NCBI GenBank assembly: GCA_963730185.1
Contig: CAVSQW010000002.1
Coordinates: 160,001 to 224,000 of the forward strand
Reading direction: 5' to 3'
From: an uncultured Gemmatimonadales bacterium
Lineage (GTDB): Bacteria; Gemmatimonadota; Gemmatimonadetes; Gemmatimonadales; GWC2-71-9
Length of the DNA stretch: 64,000 nucleotides
The notes under the pieces are model-generated. The model was not told the DNA's origin. It made no database searches and saw only the letters and a list, made by a program, of their open reading frames with translations. Every line of letters starts with the position of its first letter. Positions within the stretch are counted from its first letter, which is position 1. Shown in pieces: positions 18,109-28,005 of this stretch. The translations under genes and the position numbers were made by a program.

Positions 18109-19098
18109 ATGAATGTTCGGCAACCCGTTCTCGCGCTTCTGATCCTCACCCTGGTGAGCGTCGGCGCGGCAGGGGCGCAGACCCCCATCCCGCAGGTCCG
18201 GACCCAGGCGCCCGGCTTCTATCGAATGATGCTTGGTGACGTCGAGATCACCGCGCTCAATGACGGCGTCGTTCCATGGCCGGCATCGACGGTGATTGGG
18301 GCGACCAAGGACCAAATTCGGCTCGGTCTGGCTGAGATGCGCCTACCCGACACCGTGGGCATGTCGTACAGTGGCTACCTCGTGAACACGGGCACGCATC
18401 TGGTGTTGATCGACACCGGCACCGGCGGTAAGCTCGCCGACATGGCCGGGTTCAAAGGGGCCGGACGTCTGCTTGCCAACCTGCGGGCCGCCGGATACCG
18501 GCCCGACCAGGTCGACGTAGTCTGCATCACCCACGCCGGTCCTGACCATGTTGGCGGCCTGACGACCGGGGCCGAGATGACCTTCCCGAATGCCGTGGTG
18601 TGGGCCGCCCGACGCGAAGTCGAGACTTACGTCGACTCTGCGAAATCTGCGGCCGCCGTGGCGGCGTCCTCGAACCAGGACCAGGCAAGGGGCTTGATCG
18701 CCTTCGAGCACGGGCTCTTCGCGCCCTACATCGCGGCCGGCAAGTTCCACGCATTCGACGGCGACGTCGACGTCGTGCCGGGCGTTCGCGCCCTCGCCAC
18801 ACCAGGACATACGCCGGGGCACACATCGTACGTGGTCGAGAGCAGGGGACAGCGGATGATCGTGATCGGAGACCTCGTCCATTGGGCGGCGATCCAGTTC
18901 CCGTACCCTGCGGCGTATACCGCCTTCGACGCCGACTCGACGGCATCGGCTGCGTCGCGCCTGCGAGTCTTCAGGATGGCTGCGACTGACGACGACTGGG
19001 TCGCGGGGGCCCATATTTCGTTCCCCGGGATCGGGAAGGTCCGCGCGGATGCACGCCGTTTCTACTGGATTCCGGTCAACTACGAGATTCCGAAATAG
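18109..19098 (+). CDS. Secreted MBL-fold metallohydrolase (methyl-parathion-hydrolase-like)
   Basis: Signal peptide, QAPGFYRMMLGD.EITALNDG, LIDTG, PGHTPGH, GDLVH, GAHISFPGIG. Confidence 0.88.
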   Translation: MNVRQPVLALLILTLVSVGAAGAQTPIPQVRTQAPGFYRMMLGDVEITALNDGVVPWPASTVIGATKDQIRLGLAEMRLPDTVGMSYSGYLVNTGTHLVLIDTGTGGKLADMAGFKGAGRLLANLRAAGYRPDQVDVVCITHAGPDHVGGLTTGAEMTFPNAVVWAARREVETYVDSAKSAAAVAASSNQDQARGLIAFEHGLFAPYIAAGKFHAFDGDVDVVPGVRALATPGHTPGHTSYVVESRGQRMIVIGDLVHWAAIQFPYPAAYTAFDADSTASAASRLRVFRMAATDDDWVAGAHISFPGIGKVRADARRFYWIPVNYEIPK

Positions 19099-19342
19099 GA
19101 GCACCGGGCGGACGAGCCGTTCGAGCTTCGCCGTCGCCGTGGCCGGGCGTCGCCGGGAGGACGGCCGCGTAGGCCCCTTGAACCGCTCGTGGAGGCGCCT
19201 GGACTTGAGCGGCCGGAACGCCTTGCCCCCATCCCCATCCGAGGTGATCGGCAGGTGACTTTCCGAAGACCCGAGTTCCGTACGGGGCCTGGGCTAGCCG
19301 CGACGATCGCGTCGGCCAAACCGTCCTTGGAGGAAGGGTCCG

Positions 19343-21046
19343 ATGCCAACCCGCCACGAATCCAGGTCCCGACGGGTCGTCCTGACCGTCCTGGCAATCG
19401 CCTCGGCCTGCAGTTCTCCGGCCGGGCCGCCACCGTTCGGGCTCGATGCCGAAACGGCGGCCGCCGTGGCCCATGCCGCCGCAGAGCCGACCGGCGCCAC
19501 CCGGATCAAAGCCGACCTCTTCTGGCTCGCCGCCGACGCCCGCCAGGGCCGCGGGACCGGCACGGCCGCTTATGACCAGGCGGCCCGCTATGTCGCGGCC
19601 AGATTTCAGGGCCTTGGCCTGAAGCCCGGCGGCGACCAGGGCGGCTGGTTCCAGCAGGTGCCCATGCGGAAGTCGAAGAACGACGTGGACGCCTTCTACC
19701 TGTCGATCGCGTCGAAGGGCTCCGCTCCGATCGGGCTGAACGAGCTCGACGACTACCTCATCCTGAGGCCGCAGGCGCCGACCGTCGAGGCGAGCGCGCC
19801 GGCCGTCTTCGTCGGCCACGGGATCACCGACGAGAGCAGCGGCGTGGACGACTACGCCGGCCTCGACGTGAAGGGCAAGATCGTCGTCGTCATGGGCGGC
19901 GCGCCGGCGTCGTTCGACATCGACAAGGCGGCCTACTACCGAGTGTTCACCGCCGACGCCAAGCGGCGGATCGCGGCCGATCATGGCGCGATCGGCATGA
20001 TCCTGGTCCCGACCGAGTTCACCGACCGGCAGTTCCCCTGGGAGCTCCAACGAGCCGAGTTCGTCGGCAACGCCCAGATGACGTGGCGGCACTCGGATGG
20101 CACGCCCGAGTCTCCGGCACCGGCGATCGCCGTGCTGGCCTCGATGAGCGCGCCGGGCGCCCGCAAGCTCTTTGCCGGCGCTCCCGAAAGCTATGACGAG
20201 CTGCGCCGGCAGGAGGCCGCGGGAACGACCAGGCTGCCGTCCTTCGAGATGCCGGTCGTCGTGTCGCTGAAAGGCGGGGCGATCGTCGAAGACTTGTCGA
20301 GCCCCAATGTCGTCGGCGTCCTGGAGGGGGGCGACCCGACCCTCAAGGCGGAATTCGTGGTCATGACGGCGCATCTCGACCATATCGGCATGGGCGAAGT
20401 CGATCCGCGTCACCCGGATGCCGACGTCATCTATAACGGCGCCGACGACAACGCCAGCGGCGTCGCGGTGCTCATCGAGGAGGTCCGGAAGTTCCGGGAC
20501 GCCGGTGTGCGTCCGGCCCGCTCGGTGATCTTCCTGGCGACGACCGGCGAAGAGGCGAACATGATCGGCGCCGACTTCTTCGCGCGGTATCCCACCGTGC
20601 CGAAAGAGAATATGGTGGCGGACGTCAATCTGGACGGGGCGATTCCGAGCTACCATTTCATCGACGTCATCGCGTTCGGGGCGGAGCACTCGACGCTCGA
20701 ATCGACCGTCCGGAAGGCGGCGGCATCGATGGATCTCCCGCTCCTGCCCGATCCGGTGCCGGAGATGAGAGCTTTCACCCGCTCCGACCAATATCGCTTC
20801 GTCCAACAGGGCATTCCTTCGGTCTTCTTGGTGGCGGGCCGGAGCGACGGCAAGCGCCCGGAAGCCAAGCCGCGTTATCACCAGGTCGATGACGACGTCA
20901 CTCAGCCCTTCGACTACGAAGAGGGCGATCGCTTTGCCAGGCTCAACTGGCTGGTCGCGCGGGATCTCGCCAACGCGGCCGAACGCCCGCGTTGGAACAA
21001 GGGCGACTTCTTCGGCGAGCGATACGGCAAGCGGCCGCGTCAGTAG
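19343..21046 (+). CDS. M28 family peptidase lipoprotein with PA domain
   Basis: Lipobox ASAC, AHLDHIG, NGADDNASG, GEE, RSDQY, YHQVDD. Confidence 0.9.
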   Translation: MPTRHESRSRRVVLTVLAIASACSSPAGPPPFGLDAETAAAVAHAAAEPTGATRIKADLFWLAADARQGRGTGTAAYDQAARYVAARFQGLGLKPGGDQGGWFQQVPMRKSKNDVDAFYLSIASKGSAPIGLNELDDYLILRPQAPTVEASAPAVFVGHGITDESSGVDDYAGLDVKGKIVVVMGGAPASFDIDKAAYYRVFTADAKRRIAADHGAIGMILVPTEFTDRQFPWELQRAEFVGNAQMTWRHSDGTPESPAPAIAVLASMSAPGARKLFAGAPESYDELRRQEAAGTTRLPSFEMPVVVSLKGGAIVEDLSSPNVVGVLEGGDPTLKAEFVVMTAHLDHIGMGEVDPRHPDADVIYNGADDNASGVAVLIEEVRKFRDAGVRPARSVIFLATTGEEANMIGADFFARYPTVPKENMVADVNLDGAIPSYHFIDVIAFGAEHSTLESTVRKAAASMDLPLLPDPVPEMRAFTRSDQYRFVQQGIPSVFLVAGRSDGKRPEAKPRYHQVDDDVTQPFDYEEGDRFARLNWLVARDLANAAERPRWNKGDFFGERYGKRPRQ

Positions 21047-21134
21047 CTGCGACGGGCGGCGCGATGGCCGGCGCTGCCGGCGTCGCAACGAGTGCCGGGT
21101 ACCGAGGGCGATGCACACCCGGCGTGCTAGGCGC

Positions 21135-22878
21135 CTATCGCGCTTGTGTCCCGGCCTCCCGATTGGTCAGTTGAAGCAGGTTCCGGCCGTCCCGGTCGAT
21201 CCGGTAGAGTCCGACATGGGCGGTCCACCCCCGCCGAAAGGCGATGGATCGCCCGTCGGGTGACCAGCGAGGCTGGTAGGCGCCTTCGGGAAAGTCGGTC
21301 AGCTGGTGCAGCGCCGTGCCGTCCGCCCGCACCACGAAGATGGCGGCGTGGGCGTCCTGGCCGACCAGCGACACGAAGGCGATCCACTCGCCGTCGGGCG
21401 ACCAATCCGGGTTGAAGGAGGGCGTGTCCCGGTGGCTCACGTTCGTGGGCTCGGCCTCGATCGAGGCCCGCACCAGGATTTGGTTGACGCGCGTTCCCTG
21501 AAGGATCCCGGAGGTCATGACGCGATCGTCCACCGGGTTGGGCACCAGATAGATCTCGGGCCATTCGGGTCGCCGCACCAGTTCCCGCCCGCCGCCGTCG
21601 GGCCGGATCCGGAGAAAGAGTGGCTCCTTCCCCCCCGCTCGATAGTAGATCCACTGGCCGTCGCGCGACCACCGGGCCTGCGCCGCCGGTCCGGTCTCGT
21701 GGGTAACCTGCGACCGATCGGATCCGTCCGGCCGCATGGTCCAGATCTCCGGCTTCCCCGACTCGGTCGATACGAAGGCCAGCGCGCCGCCGTCGGGCGA
21801 GTAGCTCGGATTCCGCTCGGTGGCGATGCCGTGCGAGATGCGGACCTGTCCGCTGCCGTCCGGGTTCATCCGCCAGATCTGGGGAAAGCCATCCCGATCC
21901 GAGACGAACACGAGATGGCTGCCGTCCGGGGCCCACTGCGGCGCGCTGGTGATGACGGGCGCCGCACCTGGCTCCACCAGCATGCCCGAATAGGCGCCGT
22001 CGGGCGAGAGGATCGCGATGCCCCGGTGGCCGGCGCCGTTCCCGACCCGGACGAGAATCGTGCCGTTCGGGCCCACCCTCGGCTCGAACCAGGGCTCCGT
22101 GTTCTGGGTGAGCTGTCGGAGCCCGGTCCCGTCGCGCCGGACCTCGAAGATTCGAGCGACGCCGCTATTCGGCGACACGAAGAGCAGGGATGAGCCGTCC
22201 GGCCGCCAGCTCGAGTTGAAGGCCGTGCGCTCGCCCGAGACCCGGATCGGCGGCCGATCGGCCTCTTTCACCCAGACGCCGTAGCCCGGTTCACCGGTGT
22301 TCCCTGAGAAGCTCAGCGCCGAGCCGTCCGGCGACCAGACGGGATAGTGCTGCGCGCCGGACGCGAGCCAGGGCGTCGGCCTGTCGAGCCGATCGAGCGG
22401 CGCATACACCACTCGGCCCGACTGTCCCAGGTGGCTCGGGTCGGTCTCCGCCGTCCAGGCCCAGGTGAGCCTCCCGTCGGGGCCCAGATTCGGCGCCATC
22501 TCCGAGCCCGGCGTCTCGGTCAGCCGGTCGCTCCCCGGTGCCATCGACCCCGATCGAGTAGAGGTCCATGTTGCCCGACCGGTCCGAGACGAAGACGATC
22601 CGCCGTCCGTCGGCCGACCAGGTCGGGCTGATGTCGTTCCCGGCGCTTCGGGTCAGCCGTCGGCGCTCGCGAGTGTAGGGATCAATCAGGTAGAGCTGCC
22701 AGGGCCCGCCGATCGCCATCGCGACCGCGACCAGGCTGCCGTCCGGTGACCAGGCCGCGAAGCCGGATTGCGGCGTGGTCGGCGGAGGTTGTTGGGCCAC
22801 GGCGGCGGGCGCCGTCGTCGGGCCGGCCAGCAGCATCGCCAGCAGTCCGCAGATCCGTTGCACGGGTTGTCCTGGCAT
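21135..22878 (-). CDS. TolB-like PD40-repeat secreted protein, one frameshift
   Basis: Signal peptide and many P.WSPDG repeats across ORFs 22291-22878 and 21135-22544. Removing one base at ~22526 gives GTGERRLTETPGSE. Confidence 0.78.
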
Positions 22879-23104
22879 CGGTTACCGTCCGAGGTCGATC
22901 CGCCGGATGGCGAACCGAACCGGCGCCAGCAAGAGATGCGGTCGGTGGGACATCCACTCCCCTGAATCGGTTGGAGACGAGAGCGACTCCTCTCGCAACC
23001 TACGACGGGGCCCCCGGTGGGGATTCGGGAATGCGCTGGTGGATGAGTGGGACTGGACCGAGTCGATCGAGTAAGTGGCGTCGAGCGCAGGTTGCGGCGC
23101 CCGG

Positions 23105-23803
23105 TCACTTCACCGTAAAGGACAGCAGCGTCACCGGGCCCGCCGAGGCGTTGTGGATCCGGGCCGGCCGGCGCTCTCCCATCCAGTGGAACGTTCCCGG
23201 ATGGGCGCTGATGGTCACGGGATCCGCGCCCCCGAGCAGGTGCAACTCCCCGGTCGAGAGAAACACCAGCAGAGTGCGCTCGTCGCTGGGGAGCGAGTGG
23301 GTCTCGTTCGGGCCGACCACGCTCCGGACCACCCGGAGCCGAGCGTTGTCGAGGACCACCGAGTCGCCGGCCGCGATCGGGGGGAGGGAGGCGGTGCCGG
23401 CCCGGTGCGACAGGAGTTCGATGGTGAGGTTGTGAAACGGCGCGCTGCCGTGGTTCGACACCCGGTGGGTGAGCGGGGGGGAGAACCCCACCTGGCCGTC
23501 GCGTAGGTCGAGCGGCACGGGCGCCGCGCCCAGCGCCTGCGCGGTCAGCTCCGCCGCCCCGATGCTGACGAAGGTGTAGTCGTTGGCATGGACGTGGTAC
23601 AGGGTGGTGTCGCCGGGAGGAACGACCACGTCGAAGACCCGAACGACCGCGTTCTCGAACACCGGGTGATGTCGCGGCTCCTCCGACACCGGCACGGTGC
23701 GCTGGGCCTGGACCGGTCTGGCGACGGAGCCCAGGAGGAGGCCGAGCAGGAGCAGGCGGAAGCTTCGACGGCTCGGGCTGGTCGTGGCAGGAGAAGCGTG
23801 CAT
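23105..23803 (-). CDS. Secreted cupin-like protein
   Basis: Signal peptide, EPRHHPVFEN..VRVFDVVVPPGDTTLYHVH, internal repeat LDNARLRVVR. Confidence 0.75.
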   Translation of the reverse strand: MHASPATTSPSRRSFRLLLLGLLLGSVARPVQAQRTVPVSEEPRHHPVFENAVVRVFDVVVPPGDTTLYHVHANDYTFVSIGAAELTAQALGAAPVPLDLRDGQVGFSPPLTHRVSNHGSAPFHNLTIELLSHRAGTASLPPIAAGDSVVLDNARLRVVRSVVGPNETHSLPSDERTLLVFLSTGELHLLGGADPVTISAHPGTFHWMGERRPARIHNASAGPVTLLSFTVK

Positions 23804-24033
23804 GGTGGGAAGATCGTGCTTGTCCCGGGAGCCGGTCAAGGATGCTGGCCGGGCGGCGCCTTGACGGCTTCGCGGCCTGGCCCGGCCGGGATCGCGGTGC
23901 GGGTGACGCAATGGCTCCGCTTCCCAAGCTGGGGCCACGGCCCCATGTTCTCCCGAGGGCGCCACGGCCGCTCGATCCGCGCGGGGCTGAGCACCGCGAT
24001 CTCGTTGGCCGTCGCCTGGGGGAGGGAAGAGCG

Positions 24034-24378
24034 ATGAGCCCGAACACCGCGTTCAGCCGGGTCGAGCGGCTGGGCCTCCGGCTGGCCGACGTCGAGATCG
24101 GCAAATCGTACGGTGCCCCGGCGCTCAAGGTTCGGGGCCGGATGTTCGCCTGTGTCCCCACGCACCGTTCGGCGGAGCCCGGGTCGCTCGCCGTCCGGAT
24201 GAGCGTCGTGGAGCGCGAGCTCCGGCTGCGACTCAGCCCCGACGTCTACTATCTGAAGCCGCACTACGAGCCGCACCCGGTCGTGCTGGCGCGCCTGGCG
24301 AAGCTCGCCGACGATGAGCTGAGCGAGCTGCTCGAGACCGGATGGGCGTTCGAGCGGGCGCCCGGGAAGCGGCGCTAA
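24034..24378 (+). CDS. MmcQ/YjbR family protein
   Basis: SYGAPALKVRGRMFA...PDVYYLKPHYEPHPVVLARL, GGAGG RBS. Confidence 0.82.
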   Translation: MSPNTAFSRVERLGLRLADVEIGKSYGAPALKVRGRMFACVPTHRSAEPGSLAVRMSVVERELRLRLSPDVYYLKPHYEPHPVVLARLAKLADDELSELLETGWAFERAPGKRR

Positions 24379-24443
24379 GGCGATCGTTGACACCTTTGGG
24401 GACCAACGGACGTACAGATGCCGCCCCCAACGGAGCCCGGCCT

Positions 24444-24650
24444 ATCCTGAAGCCCATTCTTGGTGTTGCCGCCACCGGCGTCGTCGCCCTGCTGCTGGGA
24501 AAGCTGCTCCTGGCGCTGCTCATTCCGTTCGCCGGACTGGCCGTCGGCTTCCTCCTCTTGGTCGCCAAAGCGGTCTTCATCGGTGGACTGGTCTGCCTCG
24601 CGATCTGGCTCTTCCGGCGGTCGAGCCGGCGGGAGCGCGAGGCCGCCTAG
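24444..24650 (+). CDS. Small two-TM membrane protein, start uncertain
   Basis: Hydrophobic ORF ending in a basic tail. GGAG 8 nt before ATC 24444, in-frame TTG at 24387 and 24396. Confidence 0.55.
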   Translation: MLKPILGVAATGVVALLLGKLLLALLIPFAGLAVGFLLLVAKAVFIGGLVCLAIWLFRRSSRREREAA

Positions 24651-24662
24651 CAACCGCGGGGG

Positions 24663-25712
24663 CTACGGCGCTTCCGCCAGCATGACCCCGGCCAGCTGGT
24701 GGGCGATCTTGGCCACCGGCGTCGGCGCCACGTTGCTGAGCACCACGATATCGATGCCGTCGTCGGGCAGCCGGAGGTTGAACGCGTTGAAGCCCGGGAG
24801 CCCGCCGGAGTGTTGCAGGACCGGGTGCCCCTCGATCGCGCCCAGCTGCCAGCCATAGGCGTAGTTTCGGAGCTCGGGGCGGTACATCTCTTCGTAGGCC
24901 TTCCGCGATATCAGCCGGTGGTCGGCCAGCGCCCGGTCCCAGGTGGCCAGGTCGCCGACCGTCGAGTACAGGTTGCCGCCGCCGGTGAGCACGGGAACGT
25001 AGATCGCGGGCGCGTCGGTGATCGTACCGCCGCTGTCGGAGCGAACGTAGCCCAGCGCCCGGCCCTTCGGCGCCAGCCCGGGATGATCGGCGCCCGTGTG
25101 CGTCATGCCGAGCGGCTCGAAGATCTCCCGGTCCATGAAGTCGCCGTAGTCCTGCCCGGACACCTGCTCGATCAGCTTGGCCAGCAGGAAGTAGCCCAGG
25201 CCGCTGTAGGCGTAGTCGGTGCCCGGCTCGAACAGGAGCGGCTGGTCGTAGAACCGGGCCAGCGTCTCGTCCAGCGTCGTGGGGCGGGCCATGGTCTCGG
25301 TGAATCCCGGCAGGGCCCAGGAGTGCATCAGGCCGGAGGTGTGGGTCAAGATCTGGTGGATCGTCAGGGCCTGCCACGCTGCCGGCAGGCCGGGCACGTA
25401 CCGGCCCACCGAGTCGTGGGTGTCGAGCCGGCCGCGATCCTGCAGGATCATGACCGCCATCGCCGTGAATTCCTTCGTCACCGACCCGATCCGGAAGATG
25501 GTTTCCGGCGTGTTGGGAACGTCGCGGGCGCGGTCGGCGAGCCCGTAGCCCCGCGCGAACACCGTGGCGCCGGCCCGGGTCACGATGACGGACCCGTCGA
25601 AGCCGGCTTCGGTGACGACCGCGTCGAGCCGGTCGGCGAGGGTCTGGGCGGAGGCGGGGAGGGTGCCAAGCGCGACCGCCAGGGCCGCTGCCGTGATGGT
25701 TGCCTTCGTCAT
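24663..25712 (-). CDS. Secreted serine hydrolase (beta-lactamase/AmpC-like family)
   Basis: FRIGSVTK (SxxK), LTHTSG, YAYSG, HSGG, signal peptide. Confidence 0.88.
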   Translation of the reverse strand: MTKATITAAALAVALGTLPASAQTLADRLDAVVTEAGFDGSVIVTRAGATVFARGYGLADRARDVPNTPETIFRIGSVTKEFTAMAVMILQDRGRLDTHDSVGRYVPGLPAAWQALTIHQILTHTSGLMHSWALPGFTETMARPTTLDETLARFYDQPLLFEPGTDYAYSGLGYFLLAKLIEQVSGQDYGDFMDREIFEPLGMTHTGADHPGLAPKGRALGYVRSDSGGTITDAPAIYVPVLTGGGNLYSTVGDLATWDRALADHRLISRKAYEEMYRPELRNYAYGWQLGAIEGHPVLQHSGGLPGFNAFNLRLPDDGIDIVVLSNVAPTPVAKIAHQLAGVMLAEAP

Positions 25713-25749
25713 GGAAACTCGCTTCCGGCGGTCGGAGCCGCAGACGCGG

Positions 25750-27132
25750 CTACGGCCGGTGTGTCGCGGACGGGGTGATGGTGACGATGCCGACGCGGTC
25801 ACGATAGTCGATTTGCGTCCCGAACGGCTCCGACAGGCGCTGGAGCCGGGCGAGGATCCTCCGGGCGGCCGGCTCGTCGGCCAGCATCGGCCGGCCCCGT
25901 TGGGTGCGGGCCGTGCCGTATCCGAGGGTGATCGGATACAGCATGATCGACTCGAGCGTGCGGCCGCGCCAGCGCGGCGCGGCCACCACGCTCTCCCACA
26001 CCTCCGGCATCGCCGGGAAGCCCCGGCGGTCGTGATCGTAGCGGACGTCGTTGAGCCCGGCGACGCCCGCCGCCGGATCGGCGCCGACGTTGTCGTAGTC
26101 GTCCAGCGGCAGGCGATCGACGGTCTCGTTCTCGAAAATGAAGTCGCCGAGGCTGTAGAAGATCGGCTTGCCGTGGTAGATCTCGATGCCGCGGAGCACG
26201 TGGGGCCCATGCCCCACGAAGACGTCGGCGCCCGCATCGATCATCGCGTGCGCGAACGCCACCAGGAACTCGGCCGGCACCTCGCGGCCGCCGGCGCCCT
26301 CGTGGGCGTGAATGCTGACGATGGTGAGGTCGGAGAGCCCATGGGCGGCCGCGACCGACGCCCCGATCTCCGCCACGTCTCGCGAGTCCGGAACGGTGCG
26401 GCGGCCCGGGTGGTCGCCGACGGCGTAGGTCTCGCCGAGGAAGCCGACCGTATCGCGCGGCGGCAACGTCAGGCCGAGGTCGGCGGCGACGCGGCGGAGC
26501 GAGGTCATGCCGGCCGCCGTCAGGACGTTCGTCGTGGTGAAGTGCAACGGATTCAGACCGGGCCGCGCTGGAATGGCGCCGTCGGATCGCCCCGCCGGGG
26601 CGTTGGTCGGGAAGGTCGACGCGGTCGAGATCAGGGCCACTCGTCCCTTGGGAAGATCGAGATATCGGGGTGCTCGCGCCTCGGCCAGGCTCTCGCCCAC
26701 GCCGGCCGTCGCGAGGCCGGCGTCCTCCGCGTATCGACGGGTGAGCCGCATCCCCTCGACCCCCCAGTCGGTCGCGTGGTTGTTGGCGAGCCCCGCGAGG
26801 TCGAAGCCGGCCCAGACCAGCTCGCGCGCCATGGCCGGGGCGGCCCGCAGGTGCAGGCCGCCCGACTCGACCATCGGATAGGTCTCGTAGTCGTTGAGAC
26901 CGATCTCGAGATTGGTGAAGGCCGCGTCCTGGGCCCGGATCAGCGAGATCAGGTCGAGAAAGGCCGGCTCCGCGTGTTTGGAGAGCGGACGGGTGACGAT
27001 GGCGTCACCGGTCAGCGCGACCGAGATGGTGGAGTCCGGCGGCGTCACCTTCGTCTGGGCACTCGCCGAGCCGGCGTGGGCGGCGGCCAGCGCGAGGGCG
27101 AGCGTCGTCCACCGGAATGTTCCTCGACCCAT
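25750..27132 (-). CDS. CapA family metallophosphoesterase-like protein
   Basis: GD, NLE, LANNHATDWG, SIHAHE, GHGPHVLRGIEIY...IFYSLGDF, signal peptide. Confidence 0.88.
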   Translation of the reverse strand: MGRGTFRWTTLALALAAAHAGSASAQTKVTPPDSTISVALTGDAIVTRPLSKHAEPAFLDLISLIRAQDAAFTNLEIGLNDYETYPMVESGGLHLRAAPAMARELVWAGFDLAGLANNHATDWGVEGMRLTRRYAEDAGLATAGVGESLAEARAPRYLDLPKGRVALISTASTFPTNAPAGRSDGAIPARPGLNPLHFTTTNVLTAAGMTSLRRVAADLGLTLPPRDTVGFLGETYAVGDHPGRRTVPDSRDVAEIGASVAAAHGLSDLTIVSIHAHEGAGGREVPAEFLVAFAHAMIDAGADVFVGHGPHVLRGIEIYHGKPIFYSLGDFIFENETVDRLPLDDYDNVGADPAAGVAGLNDVRYDHDRRGFPAMPEVWESVVAAPRWRGRTLESIMLYPITLGYGTARTQRGRPMLADEPAARRILARLQRLSEPFGTQIDYRDRVGIVTITPSATHRP

Positions 27133-27188
27133 CGCATTTCCTCCGGACGGTCAGCGAACGAACGACAAGGGCGTCGCGGCTTCTACGA

Positions 27189-27968
27189 TCAGCCGCTGTC
27201 CGGCTTGGTTACCTCCGCCTTCACCAGCCTGAGATGGCGGCCGTCGAGCCAGACTGTGAAGCGCATCATGCCGGAAGGACAGCAGTTGGGATCGTCCCGG
27301 GTTGCGATCGGCTGTTCGCCGGTCAGCGTCTCCAGGTCGAGGCGCCGCCCCTTATGCAGAGAAAAGCCGGCCGGAGCCCGGCGGGCGAGATCCTGGACGA
27401 AGTCATCCGCCACCCCGGCCCAGTGGTCCCCGCCGTACTCCACCAGCATCTGGTCATAACAGCCGCCGGTGCCGTTCAGGCAGACCTCCACCGCGACGAG
27501 CAGACCGGCCCGCCGGCGAGCCCAGCGGATGCCGTCGATCAGCTCGATGCTCCGGTCGCGGATCGTGTGCCAGATCGGTCGCGCCACGCCCTGGTGGGGA
27601 CTGATGGCGAGCAGCACGACCTCGTCGAGGTCGACCGTGTCCGACACGCCGACTCCCCGGTCCAGGGCCCGGCGGCGGTAGCGAGCCGCCGCCCACCATG
27701 AGGCGTCGGCGGTGTCCATGGTGACGAACTCGGTCACCCGGCAGGAGATCAGGTCGTCCGCGGCCACCAGGCTGGGCATGAGGTCGGTCAGGCACCGTGT
27801 CCTGGCCGTCTCGAGCGACGTGGCCGGGCGCACCAGGAACCCCTCGGCCGCGTCGTAGGGACGTTGGGCGGCCACCGGCGCTCCGGTCCAGGCGGCGAGC
27901 GCGAATGCCGTGAGCGCCAGGCGGCCCGCATCGCCGAGCGGGCGGCCGGGGTCCCGGGTCGCCGTCAT
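27189..27968 (-). CDS. Secreted hypothetical protein
   Basis: Signal peptide, CLNGTGGC and DDPNCCPSG motifs. Confidence 0.6.
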   Translation of the reverse strand: MTATRDPGRPLGDAGRLALTAFALAAWTGAPVAAQRPYDAAEGFLVRPATSLETARTRCLTDLMPSLVAADDLISCRVTEFVTMDTADASWWAAARYRRRALDRGVGVSDTVDLDEVVLLAISPHQGVARPIWHTIRDRSIELIDGIRWARRRAGLLVAVEVCLNGTGGCYDQMLVEYGGDHWAGVADDFVQDLARRAPAGFSLHKGRRLDLETLTGEQPIATRDDPNCCPSGMMRFTVWLDGRHLRLVKAEVTKPDSG

Positions 27969-28005
27969 GGTGGGTTCGCCGATCGGAGCCCCCTGGCCCG
28001 GCCCG

